This document shows, piece by piece, positions 9,901 to 19,582 of a stretch of DNA of 64,000 bases (position 1 is the stretch's first letter; each line of letters begins with the position of its first letter). The notes beneath the pieces were generated by a model. The model made no database searches. It was not told where the DNA came from and saw nothing but the letters and a program-made list of their open reading frames with translations. Origin of the DNA: an uncultured archaeon (GTDB lineage Archaea; Thermoproteota; EX4484-205; JAAOZP01); NCBI GenBank assembly GCA_938045545.1, contig CALIBN010000008.1, positions 42,631 through 106,630 of the forward strand, in the 5' to 3' direction. The translations under genes and the position numbers were made by a program.

Positions 9901-11628
9901 TTAACCCAGTGTCCCGAAGGGAAATACGCCTGCTGAAACCCAGGCGAACAGGAGCGCGTTAAAAACTGTGCCCGTGCCTATGGATGAGGTAAGCCGGTGA
10001 AACCACCATGAGCAAGCTGTTGAGATGATGAACAGTACTGTTATGAGTGGAAGGAACTCTATCAGGAAGCCGAGGAAAGAGGTGAGCGGCTTAAATTCGA
10101 ACAGGAACATCGGGATGTACTGTATTCCCATTACGAGAATGTAGGGTGTAATCTTGATCCCGATGGTTCTACCCATCTCTAAGGCTTCCGGGAGAAACCC
10201 GTTTTTCCCACCTCCCCTACGCAGAACATGGAGGTAAATTCCTTCTACGTAAAAGAAGACTAGGAAGAACGGTATGAAGGTCAGAAACAGGGTGATTCTC
10301 GCCGGAATTCTGAGAACTTTGAAAATAGGCACGAAAATCCAGAGGTTCACGCCTAAAAATAGATCTATAAGGTAAACAATGATATACAGCATGAGGAACA
10401 GGCTTATCGCGACACAGGTCTCCCTCCATGTGAAGGATTCAGATGCCAGTCTCCTAATTCTCAGCCTAACACCTGAGAACCTAGGCATGACGAGCAGGAT
10501 GAGGAAAACACCGGCTATAGCAACCATGAGCAGCCACCAGGCGATAGACGAGCCGAATAAAACCGGTGGGAAGGATAGGCTGAAGCCCAGTATGAATGTT
10601 GGTAGGAGCAGCACTATGCTCAGGGCCCCCCAAATAACCATAATCTTCCAGTCCTTAAGAGAACCATGCTTCATACTACTCTTATTCGAAGGCTTGCGCA
10701 GCAAGATTAGCAGGGAAACCGGGAATGTTAAACCCACCAGTGAGAAAACGCTCAGGAGCATCATTGTTTCACGGTAGGGGTATGTTAAGCCTTCTTCCAG
10801 CCGCCTGATTTGGCTGGTTTCGCCAGGCCTGAGAGCGCTGCCCATCCAGACGACTGTTTCGGAAACAATGGTCGGGTCAAGGGGTTCAAGCAGATGAGTT
10901 GTAGCCGGTGCTACTAGTTTCCTCGCAGTCCCAGAGTTGAAATCGCCGTATAGTCTTCCAGGAGAAACCTCCTGAACCCCGAAAACCGGGGGTAGCCATT
11001 CCTCAGTAACTTGGTCAAGGTTGAAAAGCACGTCCTCCCTACCTATGGCTACCAGCAGGTTCTTTGGGAAAGTAGTGTTGAGAACCCCGTATTCCAACGG
11101 GCTGGAAGCCATTCCGCCTAAGCCTCCCGCTATGAGCACGGTTGCTTTAACCCGCCGGTGTGCGGCGGCAGCAGCCCTGACCGCCCCAGCCCCCAAGCTG
11201 TGCCCAACTAGGCCGAGTGAAGAAGCGTTAACATACGGCAGCGTTTCAACGTATCTTAAGGCTGCAAGAGCACCGAGGCTGGGATCCTTAGTTGCGCCGA
11301 GCCGCCCGCCGGAATCACCATGACCCACAACGTCTATCGATAAAGCGACGAAACCCCTTCTAGCGAGCTCCAAAGCTATGCTGCTCATGGATTCTTTAGC
11401 ACTACTAATACCGTGCACAAGGACTACGGCCGGCAAAGGGTTTTCCTCAGCGGCTTCACGCGGACGATACAGTACCCCGCTTATGTAATGTTCGCCGTCC
11501 GGTATTTTAACGGTTTTTACTTCAAGCCTTCCAAAGTCATTGTTTATGATGAACGCGGCAGCTGTTCCAGTAAGGAAAACAACGGCTAAAGCAATCAACG
11601 CCAAACAGCCTGTTCTTGCTGGTCCCAT
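9901..11628 (-). CDS. Alpha/beta-fold hydrolase with multi-TM C-terminal domain
   Basis: VLVHG, GHGDS, GHSLG nucleophile elbow, then about 8 hydrophobic helices. Confidence 0.88.
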   Translation of the reverse strand: MGPARTGCLALIALAVVFLTGTAAAFIINNDFGRLEVKTVKIPDGEHYISGVLYRPREAAEENPLPAVVLVHGISSAKESMSSIALELARRGFVALSIDVVGHGDSGGRLGATKDPSLGALAALRYVETLPYVNASSLGLVGHSLGAGAVRAAAAAHRRVKATVLIAGGLGGMASSPLEYGVLNTTFPKNLLVAIGREDVLFNLDQVTEEWLPPVFGVQEVSPGRLYGDFNSGTARKLVAPATTHLLEPLDPTIVSETVVWMGSALRPGETSQIRRLEEGLTYPYRETMMLLSVFSLVGLTFPVSLLILLRKPSNKSSMKHGSLKDWKIMVIWGALSIVLLLPTFILGFSLSFPPVLFGSSIAWWLLMVAIAGVFLILLVMPRFSGVRLRIRRLASESFTWRETCVAISLFLMLYIIVYLIDLFLGVNLWIFVPIFKVLRIPARITLFLTFIPFFLVFFYVEGIYLHVLRRGGGKNGFLPEALEMGRTIGIKITPYILVMGIQYIPMFLFEFKPLTSFLGFLIEFLPLITVLFIISTACSWWFHRLTSSIGTGTVFNALLFAWVSAGVFPFGTLG

Positions 11629-12371
11629 GCGTATTCGTGTTTCCCCTTAAGCCTATATATCTGTTTTCTCCACACCCCAAGTATTGTTCAACTTTTCATG
11701 GGTGCATCAAACCATTTCTGCTTAAGACTGATTTCGCCTTTTTGCCTATGTTCTCCATACTTAAATCCTTATATGTATTATCGGGGGCAGAATTAGAAGT
11801 AAGGGTGTAGAAAGAAGGTCGGTCGAAAGGAAATTAAAAGCTTCTTTTAATGGTACCAGTGCTTTCGAGCAAAAGAACTGCCGGCTGAGTAAGAGATGGA
11901 ACGGATGTGACGGCACCGGTAAATTTAAACTAATAGTTGGAGAAGCCTCCAGGGGGAATACAGGCTTTACAAGACTATCTGAAATCTAAAGGTTACGGCA
12001 TGCGGGTTGACAATAGTGGATGATAGCGGTGAACCTTGAGCGGTTAAAGAGGGTGGAAACCGCTTACCTGCATGAGTGTTCAGCAAAACCAGTACTGCTA
12101 GAGCAGGCGTGCTTGATATAAAGGACTCATGATCCTTTCTATTTCGCGAAAGAACATTACAGGGATAGAGGGCAGCTGGGTGAAGACGCTGTAGTTTCCA
12201 GACAAAGAACATTTGCAGGATGGGTTGTACGTCTTCCTTTCACACTGCTCTGGCCGCGTGCGGGTTACCTACACAGAATATGTGAAACCTTAACCATAAT
12301 GGAATCAGGGGAAAGCATGAATAAATGTTTTGCAAGATAAAAATATTTGTTCTCTAAAGGGTTTCATTCCG

Positions 12372-12855
12372 TCAGCCCTCCGGCGTCCTTGTTTTTCTTT
12401 CAACGGCTGTTTTAGCTAGAGTCTCTCCAAGCCTCTTCAACTCAGACAAGTCCTTTTCAAAAGGAGCCCCATCTCCCTAAGACCCCAGACAACGCCTCCA
12501 GTAGCCTTCTCCATTTTGAAAAGCTGGGAAAATCCTCTTTGTGCTCAGCAGCGCTGAGTCGCTTGAACTACCTGCGCATGTGAATGCTGCCGCCGGTTTC
12601 CCCGCGATCTTCTCCCTTACGCTTCAGGCTCTGTCGAAGAAATCCTTCAACAATCCCGCCATGTAGCCGAAATAGTTGGGTGAGCCGAATGCTACAGCGT
12701 CGCACGATATAGGGTCTTCAACAGTAGCGTAGTCTACGCGTTCCAGCTCAGCGGTGGCTCCTTCAACCTTCTCCACGCCCTGGGCAACCGCCTTAGCTAA
12801 GGCTTAAACGTTCTCTTCTCGAGAATAGTAAAGTATTAAAACTCTAACCTGTTCC
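12372..12855 (-). pseudogene. Flavodoxin/WrbA-like pseudogene
   Basis: Manual translation VRVLILYYSREENV*ALAKAVAQG...DAVAFGSPNYFGYMAGLLKDFFDRA*SVREKIAGKPAAAF...LKRLGETLA; two in-frame stops plus a frameshift. Confidence 0.82.
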
Positions 12856-12981
12856 CAAGCCTCCTGCTGTTAACCCTCCCCTAATAAAAATATTTTACTG
12901 TGAAAGCGTCTATGCTGAACTTTTGGATTGCCAGAACTATGGAAATAAAGGTTAAAAAGGCGGCTGAAGAAGTTTTTTATC

Positions 12982-14154
12982 ATGGAAAACTTCCAGTTTC
13001 AATGTCCCACTAGAATCGTTTTCGGCAGGGGTGTTGAAAACCTGGTTGGGGAAGAGGTGAAGAAATACAGCGATAAGGTTCTTTTCCACTATGGTGGTGG
13101 AAGCATAAAGAGAATAGGTCTCTACGACAGGGTTGTCGAATCCTTGAAGAGTGCAGGCGTCAGGTTTATCGAGCTTCCGGGTGTTAAGCCTAATCCCCGT
13201 TTAAGCCTTGTTAGAAAGGGAATAGAGGTCTGCAGGAGTAGTGGTGTAGACTTCATACTGGCGGTTGGGGGCGGGAGCGTCATAGACTCTGCTAAAGCCA
13301 TAAGCGTGGGCGTCCCGTATAAGGGTGACGTGTGGGATTTCTACGTTGACAGGGCTGAGCCAGCGGAGGCTTTGCCCGTCGGGGTGGTTTTAACTATACC
13401 GGGGGCGGGTAGCGAGGCGAGCAGCAGCTCCGTTATTACGAACGAGGAGGATTGGCGTAAGCTTTCACTAACAACCGAGCTCTTACGCCCCAGGTTCGCG
13501 TTGATGAATCCTGAGGTTACTTTTTCAGTGCCACCCTACCATACTGCTTGCGGAGCAGCCGACATAATGTCTCACGTCATGGAGCGGTACTTCACCAATG
13601 TGCGGCATGCTGATCTGACGGATAGGCTTTGTGAAGCTACTTTAAAAACAATGATCAGGAATGTTCCAATCGCCTTAAGGGAGCCTGAGAACTATGATGC
13701 TCGGGCTGAAATAATGTGGGCCAGCACTGTTGCGCACAACGATCTTCTTGGAACAGGCCGGATAGGGGATTGGGCTACGCACGTAATAGAGCATGAGCTC
13801 AGCGGCCTATACGACGTGCCGCACGGCGCTGGGCTGGCAGTATTGTTTCCAAGCTGGATGAGACACGTGTATAAGCATCGCGTAGACATATTCGTGCAGT
13901 TCGCCGTTAGAGTCTGGGGTGTTGAGCCTGATTTCCAGGATCCTGAGAAAACAGCTCTTGAAGGCATAGAGATGCTGAAATCTTTCTTCAAGCGGATAGG
14001 GCTTCCGACGACGCTCAGGGAACTGGGTGTTCCTGAAGACAGGTTGGAGGAGATGGCGCTCCGGTGCACCGACTCAGGCCGCTCTAAAATAGGAAGCTTC
14101 GTAAAGCTGGGTAGGGAGGATGTCCTGAGTATTCTGAGAAACGCCAGAGGATAA
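12982..14154 (+). CDS. Iron-containing alcohol dehydrogenase (butanol dehydrogenase BdhA/B-like)
   Basis: GGGSVIDSAK, D..SH..E, HVIEHELS, HGAGLA metal ligands. Confidence 0.93.
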   Translation: MENFQFQCPTRIVFGRGVENLVGEEVKKYSDKVLFHYGGGSIKRIGLYDRVVESLKSAGVRFIELPGVKPNPRLSLVRKGIEVCRSSGVDFILAVGGGSVIDSAKAISVGVPYKGDVWDFYVDRAEPAEALPVGVVLTIPGAGSEASSSSVITNEEDWRKLSLTTELLRPRFALMNPEVTFSVPPYHTACGAADIMSHVMERYFTNVRHADLTDRLCEATLKTMIRNVPIALREPENYDARAEIMWASTVAHNDLLGTGRIGDWATHVIEHELSGLYDVPHGAGLAVLFPSWMRHVYKHRVDIFVQFAVRVWGVEPDFQDPEKTALEGIEMLKSFFKRIGLPTTLRELGVPEDRLEEMALRCTDSGRSKIGSFVKLGREDVLSILRNARG

Positions 14155-14159
14155 TTCGA

Positions 14160-15374
14160 CTAACGTTTCCTCTTTAAGAGCCCGTTCGCCCTGTCGATTG
14201 GATCCTGGTACTTTGAAATCCTCCCGTTGAGAACATCCTTATACCTTACGGCTGCACGTAGCTTAGCCGACTCATATATGGCTTCGGCTATTGCCTTGGC
14301 CCTCATCCCGTCTTCGCCGTCAACCTCAGGCCTCCTCCTTTTCTGAACGGCTTCGAGAAAATCGTAGCACTCTAAAGTAATCCCGTCGGTAAAACCATGT
14401 GGAAAAAGCCTGTTCCTACCCTCCTCGCCTATACTCCTAAGGAATTCTTCTCGAAGCTCAGGCATGGTGCGCTGTGATCCATCTTTTAGAATGAGCACCG
14501 CATTATCGAAGGGACCGTGGAAGACATCGCCCGAGTCTAGGAGACACCCCTCAGACCCATAGTAAACAACCTTCGTGAAAGAATGGCCCGGCGCGGCCAT
14601 CGTCCAGCTCCATGTTCCGACGAGACCGTTTTCAAAGCTTATTAGCGCAACCCAGCTGTCCTCCACTTCGCTGTAAACGGTTTCCCCATTCTTATCATGA
14701 GGCCATTTTTCAAACTGTCCTACGAAAGCGTAAACCCTATCGACCTCTCCGAAGAAGTACCTCATCGAATCGCAGAAATGTGCCCCACTATCCAGAACCA
14801 GGCCTCCCCCGCTCAGGTTCTTCTCAATCCTCCAATGCCACCTCCTAGGCTTCAACGGGTCGTTCCAGGAAGCGTGGATCGCGTAGAACATTCTTGGCTT
14901 GCCGATCAGCTTAGCCTCGTTAATCAGCCAGTGCATAGTCCTCTGGTTCACACCGCGGCGTATGTTCTCCGCAGTCGCAACAATCCTACCGTGTTTCTTC
15001 CCTGCAGCTATTATCATCTTGCTAGCCCTCAGCGTCACCCCTAGAGGTTTCTCAACCATAATGTCCGCCCCAGACCTGATGCATTCCAAAGCAACCCTAT
15101 GGTGTTCAGAATGCGGTGTACATATGTCGACTGCCCCAGGCTTAGCCTTCCCCAGCATTTCCCTAATGTCTAGGAAAACAGGGGGCCTGTAGCCCAGCAG
15201 TTTCTCAGCCTCATCTGCAAAGGCTTCAGCAGACTCTTTCGAGACATCGTTTAAGGCGACAAGCCTGAGTTTCCCTGGTTCTTTCTCGTTGATCCTCGCA
15301 TAAGCCGTAAGGTGTGCACGGGCTATTCCTCCGCAACCAGCTATTGCGAGTTTAACCTTCCTGCTTTCTCCCAT
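14160..15374 (-). CDS. Gfo/Idh/MocA family oxidoreductase
   Basis: GCGGIA, CTPH, VEKP, GGGLVLDSGAH motifs. Confidence 0.92.
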   Translation of the reverse strand: MGESRKVKLAIAGCGGIARAHLTAYARINEKEPGKLRLVALNDVSKESAEAFADEAEKLLGYRPPVFLDIREMLGKAKPGAVDICTPHSEHHRVALECIRSGADIMVEKPLGVTLRASKMIIAAGKKHGRIVATAENIRRGVNQRTMHWLINEAKLIGKPRMFYAIHASWNDPLKPRRWHWRIEKNLSGGGLVLDSGAHFCDSMRYFFGEVDRVYAFVGQFEKWPHDKNGETVYSEVEDSWVALISFENGLVGTWSWTMAAPGHSFTKVVYYGSEGCLLDSGDVFHGPFDNAVLILKDGSQRTMPELREEFLRSIGEEGRNRLFPHGFTDGITLECYDFLEAVQKRRRPEVDGEDGMRAKAIAEAIYESAKLRAAVRYKDVLNGRISKYQDPIDRANGLLKRKR

Positions 15375-15640
15375 GGGTCCTTGTGTTAAACGCGTCTTAA
15401 AAACATATTCATTTTTCCTTATTGTTTAAGAAATTCCCTTTAGTTTGATGATGCTGGAGTGTTTAAGCCGTTTTAACAAGCGCTAAGAGATCATTAGAGC
15501 CTTTGAAGAGTCTAGTTTCCCATGGTTTTCCTAGGCTTAGGTTTATCGCACCCGCTGTGCCCATAGGAGCCAGCCACCAGAAGTCCCGTTTAAAAAGGTT
15601 TTCTAAACAGCCGTAACCTTAATATTCTCCCTTTTAGCGG

Positions 15641-16075
15641 ATGGGGATACTGAAAGTAAGGTCTAGAGAAAAAATGGACACGATAGTGTTTAGAGAGGTC
15701 GATTCGCTCGGCAGATATTATGAGGAGGCTCTTAAGAATGTTGAAACCAGTAAAAACGTTAAGACCGGTGGGGCTCTCGTCACCTTCCCAGATAAAGAGC
15801 GGAAGGTTTGCGAGCTTTCAGCAACCTACCTGGTGAAGCTGGGCAGGTTTTCAAAGGAGCAGAGAGTGGTGGTTACTCTAACGTTCAATAGGGATGCTAG
15901 TGGGGTTTACGTGGCGAAAATCGATGACTCCGTTTTCCACGTGGTTCAGGAGGAAAAGGGGGGTCTGAAAGAGGTTTGGAGTGGAAGGCTTGCGGAAGCA
16001 ATGGATAAGCTGGGGGACGTGGCTAGGATTCATGTAAACGTAATGTCCAATCTCTCCCGTAAGTCTTCATCCTGA
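15641..16075 (+). CDS. Hypothetical protein
   Basis: ORF with genome-typical codon usage and a TATA-like element upstream; no recognised motif. Confidence 0.65.
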   Translation: MGILKVRSREKMDTIVFREVDSLGRYYEEALKNVETSKNVKTGGALVTFPDKERKVCELSATYLVKLGRFSKEQRVVVTLTFNRDASGVYVAKIDDSVFHVVQEEKGGLKEVWSGRLAEAMDKLGDVARIHVNVMSNLSRKSSS

Positions 16076-16169
16076 TTGAAACATTAATTTGCAGCATGCA
16101 GTAGGCCAGCCTCCTCGTTTAGACTTGGAGAGGCCTATCGTTTTTTGATTTAACGCTAGTGCGAAGCGT

Positions 16170-16592
16170 CTATGAAAACCTGTCTTTAAGAGACACTATT
16201 TTCCTAAAAAGTTCTTCCTCACCATGGCAGTCGGCGGTAAGCTTTTCAAACGGGCAAACGTCATTCCTTTTTCTGTTCAGGATTTCAGGGACCAGTTCTT
16301 CATATTCAACCCTTACGTCTTTCTCTCTCAAAGCTTCTAAACCTTTCCTACTTACTACTTCAGCATATACTTCAGCAATATTGGCATACAGGCAGAGCAT
16401 CGCCGCTGCCCTGCCAACGACCCTGTCGGCCACAGCCGCCCCGGATAGTTCCGAACCATAGTTTTCAATGGCTTCAACAAGCCCTATGACACCGTACTTC
16501 CTAGTAGCGTGAAAAAGCGTTCCGGGTTTAACTATAACTAGGCTAAAACCATGGTCTTTCAGCATTCTCCTAGCTGTCTCTAGACCCTTCAT
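16170..16592 (-). CDS. DUF1893 (TM1506-like) protein
   Basis: ADRVVGRAAA, ILNR...CPFE motifs. Confidence 0.85.
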   Translation of the reverse strand: MKGLETARRMLKDHGFSLVIVKPGTLFHATRKYGVIGLVEAIENYGSELSGAAVADRVVGRAAAMLCLYANIAEVYAEVVSRKGLEALREKDVRVEYEELVPEILNRKRNDVCPFEKLTADCHGEEELFRKIVSLKDRFS

Positions 16593-16729
16593 TTTTTCAA
16601 GTCGTATTGTTTTGTTTCAGTCTCGGTGCGATATAAGGCTGTTGTTCAACTTGTGGCCTCATGGTCGGAAAACGGTTCCAAAACGTTCTAAACAAAATTT
16701 ATAAGGTTTACCCCTCTATCCGTGAAGGC

Positions 16730-17866
16730 ATGAAGTATAGGCGGTTTGGGAAGCTGAACTTGCAGGTGTCTGCGCTCGGCTTCGGATGCATGAGGCTCCC
16801 GGTAATAGGCAACGACCATTCTAAGGTTGATGAGCCTGAGGCCATCAGGATGATAAGGTACGCCATAGACCATGGCGTCAACTACGTGGATACTGCTTAC
16901 CCTTATCACGGTGGGAATGGTGAGATCGTTGTTGGAAAGGCTTTAAGAGACGGCTACAGGGAGCGGGTTAGGCTGGCAACCAAGATGCCCATCTGGAACA
17001 TTAATTCTAGGGAGGATATGGATAGGATTTTTGAGGAGCAGCTTAAGAAGCTTCAGACAGAATACGTGGATTTCTACCTTCTTCACGCGCTGAATAAAAA
17101 CAGCTGGCTTAAGATTAAAAACCTGAATGTTTTCGACTGGGCTGAAAGGGTTGTTTCCGAGGATAGGATAAAGTATTTAGGTTTCAGCTTCCACGACGAC
17201 TATGAGGTTTTCAAGGAGATTATAGACGCGTATGACAAGTGGGCCCTCTGCCAAATACAGTATAACTATGAGAATGAAGAGGATCAAGCCGGGACAAGAG
17301 GGTTGAAATACGCTGCTGGGAAAGGGCTTGCCGTGGTTATAATGGAGCCTCTTTTAGGAGGGGCTTTAGCCAACCCGCCTCCGGCTGTGAAGCAGATCTG
17401 GGATGAGGCTGGTAAGGATCCTGTGGAAATGGCCCTACAATGGCTTTGGAACAAGCCTGAAGTCTCAGTGGTCCTAAGCGGCATGAGCACGATGGAGCAG
17501 GTTAAGCGAAACATTGAGTTCGCCTCAAGATCGGGTGTTGGGCTGCTTACTGAGGAGGATCTTAAGCTTATAGCTAGGGTTCACGTTAAGTATAAGGAGC
17601 TCCGCCCAATTCCATGCACGAAATGCGGCTACTGCATGCCGTGCCCGAACGGTGTGGATATACCTTGGAACTTTGAGGTTTACAATAATGGTGTCGCCTA
17701 TAACTCGATTGGCTCAGCCAGATGGACGTACAATAATATCCCTGCTGAGAAGCGGGCGAGCGCATGCGTTGGCTGCAGGAGCTGCGAGGAGAAATGCCCT
17801 CAGAGGATTCCGATCAGCGAATGGATGCAGAGGATCGATAAGGAATTAAGATTCCAGCCGCCTTGA
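16730..17866 (+). CDS. Aldo/keto reductase with C-terminal 4Fe-4S dicluster
   Basis: MKYRRFG..LGFGCMRLP, DTAYPYH; CTKCGYCMPCP and CVGCRSCEEKCP. Confidence 0.92.
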   Translation: MKYRRFGKLNLQVSALGFGCMRLPVIGNDHSKVDEPEAIRMIRYAIDHGVNYVDTAYPYHGGNGEIVVGKALRDGYRERVRLATKMPIWNINSREDMDRIFEEQLKKLQTEYVDFYLLHALNKNSWLKIKNLNVFDWAERVVSEDRIKYLGFSFHDDYEVFKEIIDAYDKWALCQIQYNYENEEDQAGTRGLKYAAGKGLAVVIMEPLLGGALANPPPAVKQIWDEAGKDPVEMALQWLWNKPEVSVVLSGMSTMEQVKRNIEFASRSGVGLLTEEDLKLIARVHVKYKELRPIPCTKCGYCMPCPNGVDIPWNFEVYNNGVAYNSIGSARWTYNNIPAEKRASACVGCRSCEEKCPQRIPISEWMQRIDKELRFQPP

Positions 17867-18491
17867 ACATGACGCTTTAAAACTCTAAACCGGGGGGCCG
17901 GGTGCAGTTTATATCTTGCACAGGATTTTCTACTGCGATATGTTTATGGGTGAGGCGGCGCTTTGGGTCCCGAGGTTCTGAGAAAACTACTGGTTTTCTT
18001 ATACTTCTTCAAATAGCGTTCGTGAAAAAGGGTGTTGCAGTCAGGATGCTTGAAACATTTGTCGTTAGGGATGATGATGGAAACATCATTAGGGTTGAGC
18101 ACGCGCTAGCATCCTGAGTATGGGTGCAGAAACTCATGCTTAACAGCACAGCCCCATTGGTTTACATGTCTGTGAACATTGATTCTTAGCATACACCGCC
18201 TTCGAAGGATTGAAAATATCTCCCTACCCGGGATCCTGGAGCGGCTTCAAGGCCTGAAGGGTCTTAGGAGTGACGTACGATATTTTCGTTAAACTTGTTT
18301 GAAAGGGTAAGAGGGTTTCGCTCAAAGTGAATGGTAAACATGTTCACAGCGACGTAGTTCCGCTTCCAACCGAAGATGCGACGAGCATGGAAGTATGGGT
18401 CGCGCTCGAGGACAATAGTTCTGCTTACTCGGAGCCCAGTCTGTTCCAGCAAAGTTTAAATTAAAATTTAAATGGTTCAAACCTGTAAAAG

Positions 18492-19580
18492 ATGAGGAGG
18501 TTTCTTAAACTCCCCACGGATCCGATTGACGTCAATCCGGATAAAAAGATTAGTCAGCTGACTGATGAAATGCTGTTTACAGGTTTTCAGGGTAGGAAGG
18601 TTGCTGAGGTTGTTCAAGTATGGTCGAGAATGCTTAAGAAAAGGAATATCGTAATATGGTTCGGCTTGGCCGGCGCCATGGTTCCAGCCGGGATGAGGAG
18701 GCTAATCTCATACCTGATTGAAAGGAGAATGGTCGACGTGGTTGTCTCGACTGGCGCAAACCTTTACCACGATCTTTTTGAAGCCCTAGGCGGGAAACAT
18801 TATGTTGGAACCCACCTGGTAGATGATGTCAAGTTGAGGAGGGAGAGGGTTGACAGGATTTACGACGTTTTCGCAGACGAGAACAAGTTCTACGAGACTG
18901 ATCTCTGGATAGAAAAGGTTTTCGCTAGGACGCTTAGGGACGATTACCCATATTCCTCCCGTGAATTACTCTATCTTCTCGGGAAGCTTTTAAGCAAGAA
19001 TGCTAAGGATAAAGACTCCATTCTTGTAAGCGCCTACAGAAGCGGCGTCCCGATATTTTGCCCCGCGTTCGGAGACAGCTCCCTGGGTTTCTCAATAATG
19101 TTCTCTAACAGGAGGGAGAGGGTTACAAGCGTCAATGGGAAGAAGGTTGTCCTTAAGAAGAAGAGGATAATCGTCGACTACCTAAAGGATGTCGACGAGA
19201 GCTCTAGAATAACTGAGAAAGCGAAGCAGACCGGGGTGATATACATAGGTGGAGGCGTGCCCAAGAATTTTATTCAACAAACTGCCGTGATAGCGAGCTA
19301 CCAGACTAGGCACGACAGAAGCCATGGTTTTGCGATACAGATCTCCACGGACGTGCCGCAGTGGGGGGGCTTATCGGGATGCACGTTCGAGGAGGGTCAA
19401 AGCTGGGGGAAAATCGGGTTCCGAGCACAGAGGGTGCAGTGCTACGCTGACGCCACCATAGTGCTTCCTCTCGTAGTTCATTCTTTAAGCGAAAAGTTCA
19501 AGAGGCTTAGAAGAGACATCCCGATTTTCGAATGGAAGGGTAGTGATTTGAAGATAACTTATGAGAGGATGAGGCTTTGA
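18492..19580 (+). CDS. dys: Deoxyhypusine synthase
   Basis: STGANLYHD, IGGGVPKNF, GGLSGCTFEEGQSWGK with catalytic Lys. Confidence 0.9.
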   Translation: MRRFLKLPTDPIDVNPDKKISQLTDEMLFTGFQGRKVAEVVQVWSRMLKKRNIVIWFGLAGAMVPAGMRRLISYLIERRMVDVVVSTGANLYHDLFEALGGKHYVGTHLVDDVKLRRERVDRIYDVFADENKFYETDLWIEKVFARTLRDDYPYSSRELLYLLGKLLSKNAKDKDSILVSAYRSGVPIFCPAFGDSSLGFSIMFSNRRERVTSVNGKKVVLKKKRIIVDYLKDVDESSRITEKAKQTGVIYIGGGVPKNFIQQTAVIASYQTRHDRSHGFAIQISTDVPQWGGLSGCTFEEGQSWGKIGFRAQRVQCYADATIVLPLVVHSLSEKFKRLRRDIPIFEWKGSDLKITYERMRL

Positions 19581-19582
19581 CA

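Noticed and set aside
11630-12370. Structured ncRNA in the long gap (AGCGGTT/AACCGCT stem near 12039-12064)
   Set aside because: One short stem only; the region looks more like eroded coding sequence.
18071-18117. Possible C/D box sRNA (ATGATGA...CTGA) or GAAA-loop hairpin
   Set aside because: Internal D'/C' boxes are poor and I could not identify an rRNA or tRNA target by eye.
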